This document shows positions 11,545 to 22,597 of a stretch of DNA of 64,000 bases, in pieces. Location: the NCBI RefSeq assembly GCF_044704955.1, contig NC_091982.1:225928001-225992000 (forward strand), written 5' to 3'. A program made the translations under genes and the position numbers. The stretch comes from Pristiophorus japonicus (lineage: Eukaryota). Position 1 is the stretch's first letter, and each line of letters opens with the position of its first letter. A model generated the notes under the pieces. It was not told where the DNA came from and made no database searches. It saw nothing but the letters and a program-made list of their open reading frames with translations.

Positions 11545-13882
11545 AAAGTTCCAGATCTGCGTCTATCCCTGGCCACCAAACGTGTGACCTGGCAATTGCC
11601 TTCATTGTGACAATGCCCGGGTGCCCATTGTGGAGTTCTCTGATGAAAACCTCTCTGCCCACCTGGGGCATGACTACGCGGTTTCCCCACAGTAGGCAAT
11701 CGGCCTGAATCGAGAGTTCATCCTTGCGCCTGTGAAATGGTTTAAATTTCTCAGGGCATGCCCTGTACGTGGCTGCCCAGTCCTCATTCAGGACACATTT
11801 CTTGACTAGAGACAATAGCGGATCTCTATTTGTCCAGACTTTAATCTGACGGGCTGTCACGGGTGAACCTTCGCTTCCGAAAGCTTCAACAGCCATGACC
11901 ATCTCAGCAGCATGCTCGGTAGCCCCCTCAGTGGTGGCTAGTGGGAGCCTGCTGAGTGCATTGGCGCAGTTTTCGGTGCCCGGTCTGTGCCTAATTGTGT
12001 AGTCATAGGTGGCTAACGTGAGTGCCCACCTCTGTATGCGGGCCGATGCATTTGCATTTATGGTCTTGTTGTCGGCCAAAAGGGACGTTAGGGGTTTGTG
12101 ATCTGTCTCCAGCTCAAATTTCCTGCCAAACAGGTACTGGTGCATTTTCTTTACCGCATATACACATGTGAGCGCCTCCTTTTCTACCATCCCGTAGCCC
12201 CTTTCTGCCTGGGACAGACTTCTGGAGGCATAAGCTACCAGCTGTAACTGACCCTTGACATTGACATGCTGCAACACACACCCGACACCATAGGACGACG
12301 CATCGCATGTTAACACAAGTTTCTTACATGGGTCATATAGCGTTAACAGATTGTTGGAACATAACAAATTGCGTGCTCTATTAAAAGCCCTTTCCTGGCT
12401 GTCCCCCCAGACCCATTCGCGACCTTTGCGTAGAAGCACGTATAGCGGCTCTAGTAGCATGCTCAATTTGGGAAGAAAGTTACCAAAATAGTTCAGGAGC
12501 CCCAGGAACGAGCGCAGCTCCGTCGTGTTACGGGGTCTGGGTGCTCTCTGGATCGCTTCCGTCTTGGACGCAGTAGGGCTGATCCCGTCTGCTGCTACCC
12601 TCATCCCCAGGAATTCTACCTCTGGAGCTAGGAAGACGCACTTCGCCTTTTTCAGTCCCAGCCCTACCCGGTCCAGTCTGCGTAGCACCTCCTCCAGGTT
12701 GTGGAGGTGTTCTTCAGTATTGTAACCCGTAATGAGGATGTCGTCCTGAAAAACCACCATCCCTGGAATCGACTTGAGGAGGCTTTCCATATTTCGTTGG
12801 AAGATCGCGGCGGCCGAGCGAATCCTGAACGGACATCTGTTGTACTCAAACAACCCCTTGTGTGTCGTGATGGTGGTCAGCTTCTTCGACTCACTCGCCA
12901 GCTCCTGGGTCATGTAAGCTGAGGTCAGGTCCAATTTTGAAAAAAGTTTGCCACCGGATAGCGTCGCAAAGAGGTCCTCCGCTCTCGGTAGCGGGTACTG
13001 GTCTTGGAGTGACACCCAATTGATGGTGGCCTTGTAATCGCCACATATCCTGACCGACCCATCTGCCCTGAGCACAATCGGGCTCGCCCAGTCACTGAAT
13101 TCGACTGGCGAGATGATGCCTTCCCTCAGCAGGCGGTCCAATTGGCCTTCTATCTTTTCCCGCATCACGTACGGCACCGCTCTGGCCTTGTGGTGTACTG
13201 GCCTGGCGTCCGGGTTTATGTGAATCACTACCTTGGCCCCCATGAAAGTGCCAATGCTGGTTTGAAATAATGAGTCAAATTTGTCCAGGATCTGTGAGCA
13301 TGATACTCGCTCCACAGAGGAAATTGCATTGACATCGCTCCATTTCCAGTTCATGACAGCAAGCCAACTCCTCCCCAGTAGTGCGGGACCGTCCCCTGGG
13401 ACAACCCAGAGTGGCAACCTGTTCTCCGAATCTTTGTGGGTCACGACTACCATGGCGCTGCCTAGCACCGGAATGATCTGCTTTGTGTAAGTCCGTAGCT
13501 GTGCGTCAAACGGCGATAATTTTGGCCTCCTGGCCTTGGATGCCCACAACTTTGTGAACTGTTTGATACCCATCAGGGACTGGCTGGCACCCGTGTCTAG
13601 CTCCATTGATACTGGGATGCCATTGAGGAGCACTTTCACCATTATCGGTGGCGTCCTGGTGTATGAACTGTATACGTGCTCCACATGAACTCGCTGAACT
13701 TCAGCTTCCAGCGATTTCCCCCAGTGTCCATTTCTGCAATTTCTGCAGGTATTTTGCTCATCTCTGCAAACTCCGGCTGTGTGTGCCTCCACGCCTCCAG
13801 CATGAGTTGCGGTTTGAAACAAAAGGTCCCTTGCCAGTCTATCGTCCCTGATTGCCCCTGTTATTGTCCTTGAGTGCACCAT
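11366..13882 (-). pseudogene. Gypsy pol: protease, RT, RNase H, integrase zinc finger
   Basis: ELDTGASQS protease; WASPIV, DYKATIN, FQDDILITG RT; CDASSYGVG, ETDHKPL RNase H; H-x3-H...C-x2-C integrase N-terminus. The frame breaks at ~11480 (LSP/LAMA vs WPWP). Confidence 0.93.
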
Positions 13883-14148
13883 TAACAGGTGTTGATGGCC
13901 CCATTACTGGCCGCATTGTCCCCTGCAATGGCGTGAATCGCTGTTCAGCTTGCCATTGTCTGTCAAACTCCCCCTCTGGGTTCGACTACATGTTGGGGCA
14001 TGCCCGACTGCCCTTGTCTGCCTGGAGAACTGTGTGCTGCTTTAACAATGATGAATCTCTGTCCCAACCATTCCTTAACACAGTACCTCTCGTCTGTTCT
14101 GCTCGTGGCCATGCTCGTGTGGTTTAAATCCCAGTTTCTTGTCGCCAT

Positions 14149-14383
14149 TGATACATCCTTACTATACAGTATAAATGCACACGAGGCCCATGCTTGAGAG
14201 AAGGTCAGTCTGTGACCTGTCCTTTATTCCTTAGCACTCAAGTGATGAAGGTGGGTGGAGCTTCCCCTTTTATACCTGAAGGTCCAGGTTAGGAGTGTCT
14301 CCCACCTAGTGGTCAGTGTTCTCACTAGTGTACAACTTAGGTCAGTTTATACATGGGTTACAATGCTGGTTTAATACATGACA
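14149..14383 (-). repeat. 5' LTR of Gypsy element
   Basis: TG...CA; followed on the minus strand by PBS TGGCGACAAG. Confidence 0.95.
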
Positions 14384-15141
14384 GACTCCTTGGTGGGGTG
14401 GGTGGGTTAATGTTTTAGAGGGAAGTTCGACAGGCGTTTGGCAAAAAATCGAATGAGGGGTCTAGGCAGTAAACCTTTTATTTTGTCTTTCAATGCTCGA
14501 GGCTGGCCTATGGGCCAAAATAGTTTTTTTTTGATCTGGTATATTTCTATCTACATTTAATTTTTACAGTGGCAGAGATTTTCCTTCAAAATTTGGGTTG
14601 TACTTGGAGAACATCTTTAGCTGCATAGCACCAGAGTAAAGTACTCGTTGTTATAGCTCTGTCATTATTGATGGTGTTAGTGAGATGAATTCAAGTATCA
14701 CAAGTATATTAGCACAGTACTAAAGCATATTAGCATGTGAATTTTCTTGTACAGTATATTAGTACCGATATATTAAATATGCTGAATAACTAATACTGGA
14801 GTGTTAATATTGGGTCTGCTTGTAAATATCCTTATCAGTTTTCAGTTGGCTGTACTATTTATATATGTAATATATTTAGGGACATGATTGTGTTAAAATA
14901 TATTTGTTTTGTTGAACTGGCATGGTCATTCTTTTCTGTGGAGGTTAAATGGTACCCAACCCAACAGTCAGTGATGTGGCATTCTTCTTGATAGTGAGAT
15001 ATGTTATCATATTGGCCATACTTTTTATTGAATGTTCCACCACATTTTGGTGACCTTCCTGATGTAGTCTTTGAACAAGATATTTTTTGACTGCAGGCCA
15101 GTCAGTATCTTACAATTTACCTCTCTCCTGATGGAAATATA

Positions 15142-16337
15142 GGGCCCAAGTTTCCACATGATTTGCGCCTGATTTTTAGGAGCAACTGGTGGAGAACGGA
15201 CTATCTTAGAAATCGCAATTCTCCACATTTTTTTTTCTGCAGTTCTAGTCAGGTAGAACAGTTCTACATTGGAACAGAATTTTTTCTTCAAAAGGGGGCC
15301 TGTCCGGCCACTGACGCCTGATTTCAAAATTTCCGCAGTGAACCCGTACTCCAAACTAACTTAGAATGGAGCAAGTGAAGATTTTTGTAGAACTGAAAAA
15401 ACCTGTTCTACACATTAAAAAATCAGGTGTAGGTTACAAATTAGGTGTAGGGAACGAGGGGGGGAGGGGGGGCGGTGAAGGGAAGTCATTAAATTCTACA
15501 ATAAATTCTTAGTTATACTTGTACAAATATTATACAAATAAATCTAACCTGAATAAACATTTATAAGCAAAGAAAAGATTAAATAAACCATGTTCCTACC
15601 TGTGTGAAAGTTCTTCAGGCAGGCCTTTAGGAAGCGGTTTGCCGTCGGGACCGAAGGCTGAACGGGCCGGGCCCGAGATTTCGGGCAGGGCCCGTCCCCA
15701 GCACCAGAGGTAGGTGGCGTCGGGTTGGGGAGGGAGGGAGGGAGGGAGGAAGGTCAGGTCGGGGAGGGGGAGGTCAGGTCGGACCCATTCCGGGGGCGAG
15801 AGTAGAGTTGGGTCGAGTCGGGTGGGAGCGGCAGCGGCAGATGCAGACGGGTCGAGTCCGGTCCGGTCGGGGGGTGGAAGCAGGAGCGGCGGGGAAGCAG
15901 GAGCGACAGGCGGGTCGAGTCGGGTCCGGTCCGGTCGGGGGGGCGGAAGCAGGAGCGGCGGGGAAGCAGGAGCGGCAGCGACAGGCGGGTCAAGTCGGGT
16001 CCGGGGGGGTGGGGGGGAAGCAGGAGCGGGAGTCGGCAGGAAGCAGGAGCTGGCCGTGGGAGGAGCCTTATTCACGCAGCCCCAGTGAGGCCATTCGGCC
16101 AGGGCTAGGGGCTGCGTGCTTCGGGCCCCTCCCACACAGTTTCGGGCGCCTGGAGCTACTGCACTTGCGTGCCCACTGTAGTGCGCATGTGGAGAGCTCC
16201 CGGCACTATTTTCGGCGCAGGGTCCTAGCTCCGCCCCCTACAGCTCCTGCTGCGCCGCGCAGAGGACCTGCAGGGAGGTGGAGAATACGGAGGGTTTTTT
16301 TGGGCGCCCGTTTTTTAGCGTGTGGAAACTTGGGCCC
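15142..16337. mobile_element. Non-autonomous DNA transposon, PIF/Harbinger-like
   Basis: Perfect TIR GGGCCCAAGTTTCCAC/GTGGAAACTTGGGCCC, 3-bp TSD ATA, G-rich tandem interior; homologous to 55871-57351. Confidence 0.85.
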
Positions 16338-17044
16338 ATAGACAGGGTTGTGGTCAGGAGTGAAGTTGAAACATATATGAATAAGTTAATCTGAGAAGAT
16401 AAACTTTTGGTTGCCCTCACCAGAAACAGCACTTAACAGTAAAGCAAACTTGCTTAGGTAGTGGAAATGTTCATAGTTCATTGGCAAAATATGAATAACT
16501 GTTAAAGGACAGTGTCTCTTGGGGAGGTTTGAAGATTTGTGAAAATACTCCTTGGCACATTTCTTCCCTTAAGTTAAATCATATTTTTTAAAAGCCAAAT
16601 TTGTCTGCTCCCTGCGGGAAGAATATTTGTATTGGTGTGAGCTCCTGTTCGGAACTGTTGAGAGCTTCCCAATTCTAGGTGCTGGTACTGGTCCTGAAAG
16701 GATAGTTGAAGATTTGCTTGTGTCTGGGACACTGACCCTAATTGCTGTGATAATAGGCTGGTTGAGGTGATGAGGAGGCTGGGATTACCCCATCTCCCAA
16801 AATAATTTTTCTTGGATCTGTTTTAAGTGCGAGGTTGAGTGCGACTTATATAACTATGCATTCGGGAGCGGGTGAGGAATCGAAGGTGAATTTATTACAG
16901 AAGTTAGCATCGGCACAAAGTGGCATTAGGTTCACTTCGGCACAAAACTTGTATGGCGTCTGTCTGGTGTTCAGGGCTGACCTGAATCTGGAGCAAAGCA
17001 GAGTTAAATTATTTCCTTCAGGGGCTCTGTCTGCTTATGTTCTT

Positions 17045-17289
17045 AAATGTGACAGTATAAATCCCGAGTTGGCCCGACCCGATGGCCTGCCCCATCATTC
17101 AATAAGATCATGGCTGATCTGATCGTGGCTGATCTTAAAACAACTGTTAGATTTATGAAGTGCCCTGTATAGCAAAGATCCTCTGAGCACTTTTTAAGCC
17201 CAGTTTGTACTCCATATATTGTCAAACCTAAGCAGTGCGAGACTGCCATCATCGGGTCGGGCCAACTCGGGATTTATACTGTCAGATTT
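17045..17289. repeat. 40-bp near-perfect inverted repeat enclosing a CR1 3'UTR scrap
   Basis: 17045-17084 (aaatgtgacagtataaatcccgagttggcccgacccgatg) is the reverse complement of 17250-17289 with one mismatch. Confidence 0.9.
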
Positions 17290-17579
17290 CTGTGAAACAG
17301 ATACCCTAATGACACACAAATGCAAATAAAACTCTACCTTTTTGATAACGTGTCTGGAGTGGGTTGCCTGTCTGTTTTCTTGGTAATCTAAAATGGAAGG
17401 GGAAGCATTCTTTTTCAGAAATGAACTATTTTAGATGATGCGCGCACTCTCATATTTTTAGTGTGCAAGTAGTCTTCTTTTAAAAATGCCGTAACCTGCT
17501 GATCTTTGAACATTGGTGTAATCTTATTTTGTATACATAAAAAATTGCAGGGGACAGGTTTGAGACAGGGCTGTTGATA

Positions 17580-17710
17580 AAGAACATAAGGAATAGGAGC
17601 AGTAGTCGGCCAACTGGCCCCTCGAGCCTGCTCCGCCATTCAATAAGATCATGGCTGATCTGATCATGGACTCTGCTCCGATCATGGACTCTGCTCCACT
17701 TCCCAGCCCG
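17580..17710 (-). mobile_element. CR1 3' tip
   Basis: aagaacataaggaataggagcag...ctcgagcctgctccgccattcaataagatcatggctgatc, with a small internal tandem duplication. Confidence 0.85.
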
Positions 17711-17754
17711 CTTCTCCCCCACCTCCCATTTGGCTCCCGCTCCCCCCACGTTGT

Positions 17755-18444
17755 TGTCGTCGGGCCCTGCCCGAAGTCTTCGGCGGCCCCGCCCAAAGTC
17801 TTCGGTGCAGCCCGTTTAGCCTCCCTCTCGCCATCCCTCCCTCCCCCTCCCCTCTTCCCTCATCCCTCCTCCNNNNNNNNNNNNNNNNNNNNNNNNNNNN
17901 NNNNNNNNNNNNNNNNNNNNNNNNNNNNNNNNNNNNNNNNNNNNNNNNNNNNNNNNNNNNNNNNNNNNNNNNNNNNNNNNNNNNNNNNNNNNNNNNNNNN
18001 NNNNNNNNNNNNNNNNNNNNNNNNNNNNNNNNNNNNNNNNNNNNNNNNNNNNNNNNNNNNNNNNNNNNNNNNATGATGGCTCTTTATTTGTAAAAGTGAA
18101 GTGTTTAATGTTTGTAAACCCCACTTTCTCACCCCCCCACCCCAATCTCATTCCCTACGCCTGATTTATAAGTGTAGGCAAGGTTTTTCTCAGTGTACAA
18201 AAATCTACACTTACTCTATTCTAAGTTAGTTTGGAGTAAGTTTTCACTGCCTAAACTTGCAAAACAGGTGTAAGTGGCTGGACACGCCCCCTTTTGGGGG
18301 AAAAAAATCTGTTCTAAAATGAAACTATTCTAACTGACTAGAGCTGGAGCAAACTAAATTGCCAAGAATTGCAATTTCTAAGATGCTCCATTCTAAACTA
18401 GTTGCTCCAAAAAATAGGAGCAACTCAGGCCGAAACTTGAGCCC
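17755..18444 (-). mobile_element. Partial Harbinger-like element spanning the assembly gap
   Basis: Ends ...gaaacttgagccc; interior is reverse-homologous to 15142-15480 (ttctaagttagtttggagta, ggacacgccccctttt). Confidence 0.7.
17873..18072. other. Assembly gap (200 N)
   Basis: Run of N. Confidence 1.
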
Positions 18445-18945
18445 ATAATCTTTATAAGTTTCAATAAGATCACCTCTCATTCTTCTGAACTCCAATGAGT
18501 ATCGGCTCAACCTATCTTCATAAGTCAACCTCCTCATCTCTGTAATTAACCTAGTGAACCTTCTCTGAACAGCCTCCATTATTTCTTGATTTATACTCCG
18601 TGCAACAGTGTAGCTACTGTTAGGGGGCCTATAGACTACGCCCACCAGTGACTTTTTTCCCTTTATTATTTCTTATCTCCACCCAAACTAATTCAAAATC
18701 TTGATCCTCTGAGCCAATATCGTTTCTCACTAACGCACTGATCTCATCCTTTATTAAGTGCTACCCCACCTCCTTTTTCTTTCTGACTGTCCTTCCGAAT
18801 TGTCAAATACCCCTGAATATTTAGTTCCCAGTCTCTGTAATGGCAATCCGATCATACCCATTTGTATCTATTTGTGCCGTCAACTCATCTATTTTGTTAC
18901 AAATGCTACGTGCATTTAGACAAAGAGCTTTCAAATTTGTTTTTT
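18445..18945 (-). mobile_element. CR1 with large internal deletion (APE fused to 3' region)
   Basis: ORF 18325-18645 reads GVVYRPPNSS...INQEIMEA (APE) directly into VQRRFTRLI...LEFRRMRGDL (C-terminus). Confidence 0.85.
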
Positions 18946-19591
18946 TACATTTTTCTGCTGTAAACGGTCCTTATTGATCTGTGTCTTCTGTATATCTCTC
19001 GTTCGCTGAAGGAATAGATACTGTTAAATTGGATCTTGCCACTTAGCGCTTTCTGTCTTTGCTGCTGGCAGCAGCCAGAGTGAGTTTCATACTTCAGGTT
19101 TCATTCAAAACCAAGAAATTTAGGGAGTCATGATTCATTGTGGAAGGGCAAGATTTGGTCCACTTTGCTTCAGAGTCAGTTCAGGCCTTAGCTTTCAATT
19201 TACACTGTGTAAGACTGTAATGTTTTTGCACCATTATAACTTGTAGTGTAGATGTCCCACACTGGGTGAGGTGGAGTTTGTTCAATGGGAATAAAGGGAT
19301 TGGCCTGTGTGCTCACTTTCCTTTTCTGTCATGTCAGACTCTAAATCTGTCTGACCTGAATATTCCTGGGAGGTTATCTTTGTATCATAGTGGGGACAAA
19401 ACCATCAAAACTAGGACACATGTAAGGCATGACATGCATACCTCCAGGTTGAGGGGCTAAAAAGAAAGACTTTTATTTATATAGCGCCCTCATGACTTTT
19501 TTAACTACTTGTCCTCTGGTCAGTTGGTGCTGTTTGGGCTGGCTGCTTTAAGGTCTGCCACTGTGCTGTGCTCTCGTGCTGCTTGGTGGTG

Positions 19592-20580
19592 GCAAGGGAT
19601 ATAGACAGGCTAAGGGAGTGGGCAAAAATTTGGCAGATGGAGTATAATGTGGGAAAATGTGAGGTTATCCACTTTGGCAGAAAAAATAGACGAGCAAATT
19701 ATAATTTAAATGGAGAAAAATTGCAAAGTGCTGCAGTACAGAGGGACCTGGGGGCCCTTGTGCATGAAACACAAAAAGTTAGTATGCAGGTACAGCAAGT
19801 GATCAGGAAGGCAAATGGAATGTTGGCCTTTATTGCAAGGGGGATGGAGTATAAAAGCAGAGAAGTCCTGCTGCAACTGTACAGGGTATTGGTGAGGTCA
19901 CACATGGAGTACTGCATAGAGTTTTGGTCTCCTTATTTAAGGGAGGATATATTTGCATTGGAGGCTGTTCAGAGAAGGTTCACTCGGTTGATTCCGGGGA
20001 TGAGGGGGATTGACTTATGAAGGTAGGTTGGGCCTCTACTCATTGGAGTTCAGAAGAATGAGAGATGATTTTATCGAAACATAAGATAATGAGGGGGCTA
20101 GACAAGATGGATGCAGAGAGGATATTTCCACTCGTAGGGTAAACTAAAACTAGGGACATAGTCTCAGAATAAGACACCGCCCATTTAAAACTGAGATGAG
20201 AAATTTCTTCTGAGGGTTGTAAATCTGTGGAATTCTCTGCCCCAGAGAGCTCTGGAGGCTGGGTCATTGAATATATTTAAAGCAGAGATAGACAGAATTT
20301 TGAGCGATAAGGGAATAAAGGGTTATGGGGATTGGGCAGGGAAGTAGAGCTGAGTCCATGATCAGATCAGCTATGATCTTATTGAATGGCGGAGTAGGCT
20401 CGAGGGGTCAAATGGCCTACTCCTGCTCCTATTTCTTGTGTTCTTGTGTATGACATTCTTATCGAAACATAAGATAGAGAGGGCTCGACAAGTTGGAAGC
20501 AGAGAGAATATTTCCACTCATAGGAGAAACTAAAACTAGGGGGCATTGTCTCAGAATAAGGGGCTGCCCATTTAAAACTA
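19592..20580 (+). mobile_element. CR1 3' fragment (subfamily B) plus tandem partial copy 20455-20580
   Basis: WAKIWQMEYNVGKCEVIHFG...VQRRFTRLIP; tail ttcttgtgttctt at ~20432-20447; a second cttatcgaaacataagat...ccatttaaaact follows. Confidence 0.9.
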
Positions 20581-21758
20581 TGATATACTTATCTCCCTCA
20601 TATACTTAACCAGTTTCTCCTTAAATGCATCTATTCTATTCGCCTTAGCCACTCCGTGGTAGAGTTCCACAATCTCACCTCTCTGTGGGAAAGAAGTTTT
20701 TTCTGAATTCTCTATTGGATTTCTTGGTGACTATCCTATATTGATGGCCTCTAGTTTTGCTCTTCCCCACAGGTGGAAACATTCTCTGTATCCACTCTAT
20801 CAAGACCTTTATTAGGTCACCCCTTGGCCTTCTCATTTCAAGAGAAAAGAGACCCAACCTGTTCATCCTTTCCTGATGGTTATAACTTTGCAGTTCTGGT
20901 ATCGTCTTTGTAAATCTGTTTTGCACCCTCTCCAGTGCCTCTATATCCGGCGACCAGAACTGTGCGCAGTGCACCCAAGTGTCGCCTAACCAAGGTTCGA
21001 TACAAGTTTATATAACTTCTACTTTTCAATTCTAACCCTCTAGAAATAAACCCTTGTGCTTGGTTTGCTTTATTTATGGCTTTATTAACCTGTCGCTACT
21101 ATCGTGATTTTTGTACTTGTGCTCCCAGATCCTCTACCCCATTTAGATTCTTATTTTCTAAGTAATATGTGACCTCATTTTTCTTGCCAAAAAGTAAAAC
21201 CTCGTGCTTATCTGTGTTGAAATTCATTTACCAATTATATGCCCATTCTGCAAGTTTATTAATATCCTCCTGTAATTTGTTGCAGTCCTCCTCAGTATTA
21301 AATATCCCTCCTCTTCTCTCACCCCCCCCCCCCCCCCCAAAAAAAAAAATTGGTGTCACCCTTAGATTTAGAAATAGTGTTTTTGATTCCAAAGTCTAAA
21401 TCGTTAATATAAAATGGTGAATAACAGTGGTTCCAGCACTGGTCCTTGTGGGACCCCACTACCCACCTTCTGCCACTATGAATAGCTACCCTTAACCCCA
21501 CTACTCTGCTTTCTGTCTTGAAGCCAGCTAGCTATCTGTTCTGCTACTTGTCCCCTGACTCTGCATTCTCTGACCTTTCTCATTAGTCTATTGTGTGGCA
21601 CCTTATCAAAAGCCTTTTGGAAATCTAGATAAATTACATGTACTGCATTACTCTTGTCTACTCTCTCTGTTATCTCTTCAAATAATTCAATGAAGTTGGT
21701 CTTTTCAAAATAAATTATTAAATATGTGTAATAGTGCCTCTGCTATCTCTTCTAGATT

Positions 21759-22178
21759 CATAGAAACATAGAAATTTACAGTGCAGAAGGAGGCCATTCC
21801 GGCCCATCGTGTCTGCGCCGGCTGACAGAGTCGCACGGCCCTCAGTCAGCAGCCCTGAAGGTTACATATAAACCTATGAACAATGATGGAAAGGCAAAGA
21901 GCACCCAGCCCAACCAGTCCGCCTCACACAACTGCGACTCCCCTTACATTCTACACTCCACCCCAACCGGAGCCATGTGATCTCCTGGGAGAGGCAAAAA
22001 CCAGATTTAAAAACCCAGGCCATTCTGGGAAAATTCCTCTCTGACCCATCCAGGCGATCGAAACTAGTCCAGGAGATCACTTTGGCCGCATTCTATTCCC
22101 TGCATTATATCTGCGCCGTCCAACAAAAGGTCATCCAGTCTAATCCCAATTACCAGCTCTGGGTTTGTAACCCTGCAG
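21759..22178 (-). mobile_element. CR1 3'UTR fragment of a third family (same tail as 46492)
   Basis: catagaaacatagaaatttacagtgcagaaggaggccatt... matches 46497-46560. Confidence 0.7.
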
Positions 22179-22350
22179 GGTTTAATCATGAGTTTGATTA
22201 GTTTATTTAATATTTCTCCGCTTTTTATTTTAAATGCGTGGATATCATTTCTAATCTTAAAGACTTTCTCTTTTGAAATCCATTCTGACTATTCATTATT
22301 ATATTTTTGGTTTCTAGATGTTTTTCTATTTCCTCCTTCAGTTGGGATTT

Positions 22351-22597
22351 ATTGAGTCTGAATATGCTTTTGGAGGCTTCCCACGGGGAAATGTCTCTGA
22401 TCTGAAAATTAAATATGTGCCTACCTTCTGCATTGTGATCCACAAAGACTCGCGCTCCTGGGCCTCTACACGTTGACGTACGTAAAGGCTTACGTATCCC
22501 AGGAGCACAGGCAGTTCGCAAGTGATTCTTGACAGATCGCAAGTTCTGGGCTTTCGCTCATGCGCTTCCGAAAACCCTGCCCCGTAAAATCCAGGCC
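22351..22597. mobile_element. Probable MITE fragment
   Basis: CpG-rich insert interrupting the old CR1. It ends ...taaaatccaggcc, resembling the reverse complement of ggctggattttc at 33293. Confidence 0.35.

Larger units (their letters stand above)
10260..14383 (-). mobile_element. Gypsy/Ty3 LTR retrotransposon, gag largely deleted, pol frameshifted
   Basis: Two ~235-bp LTRs (10268-10501, 14149-14383), 5-bp TSD GACTC (10255-10259; 14384-14388), PBS TGGCGACAAG next to the 5' LTR, PPT GGGGGGGGAGGTGA next to the 3' LTR, domain order PR-RT-RH-IN. Confidence 0.97.

Noticed and set aside
15596-16341. Long Pro/Gly-rich ORFs (also 56307-57145 and 17651-18151)
   Set aside because: Translations of the G-rich MITE core or of the N gap.
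8395-19085. Candidate missing U2SURP exons at ~8396, ~14570 and ~19020-19079
   Set aside because: AG/GT-like sites exist, but the frames hit stops, have incompatible phase, or show no similarity to U2SURP.
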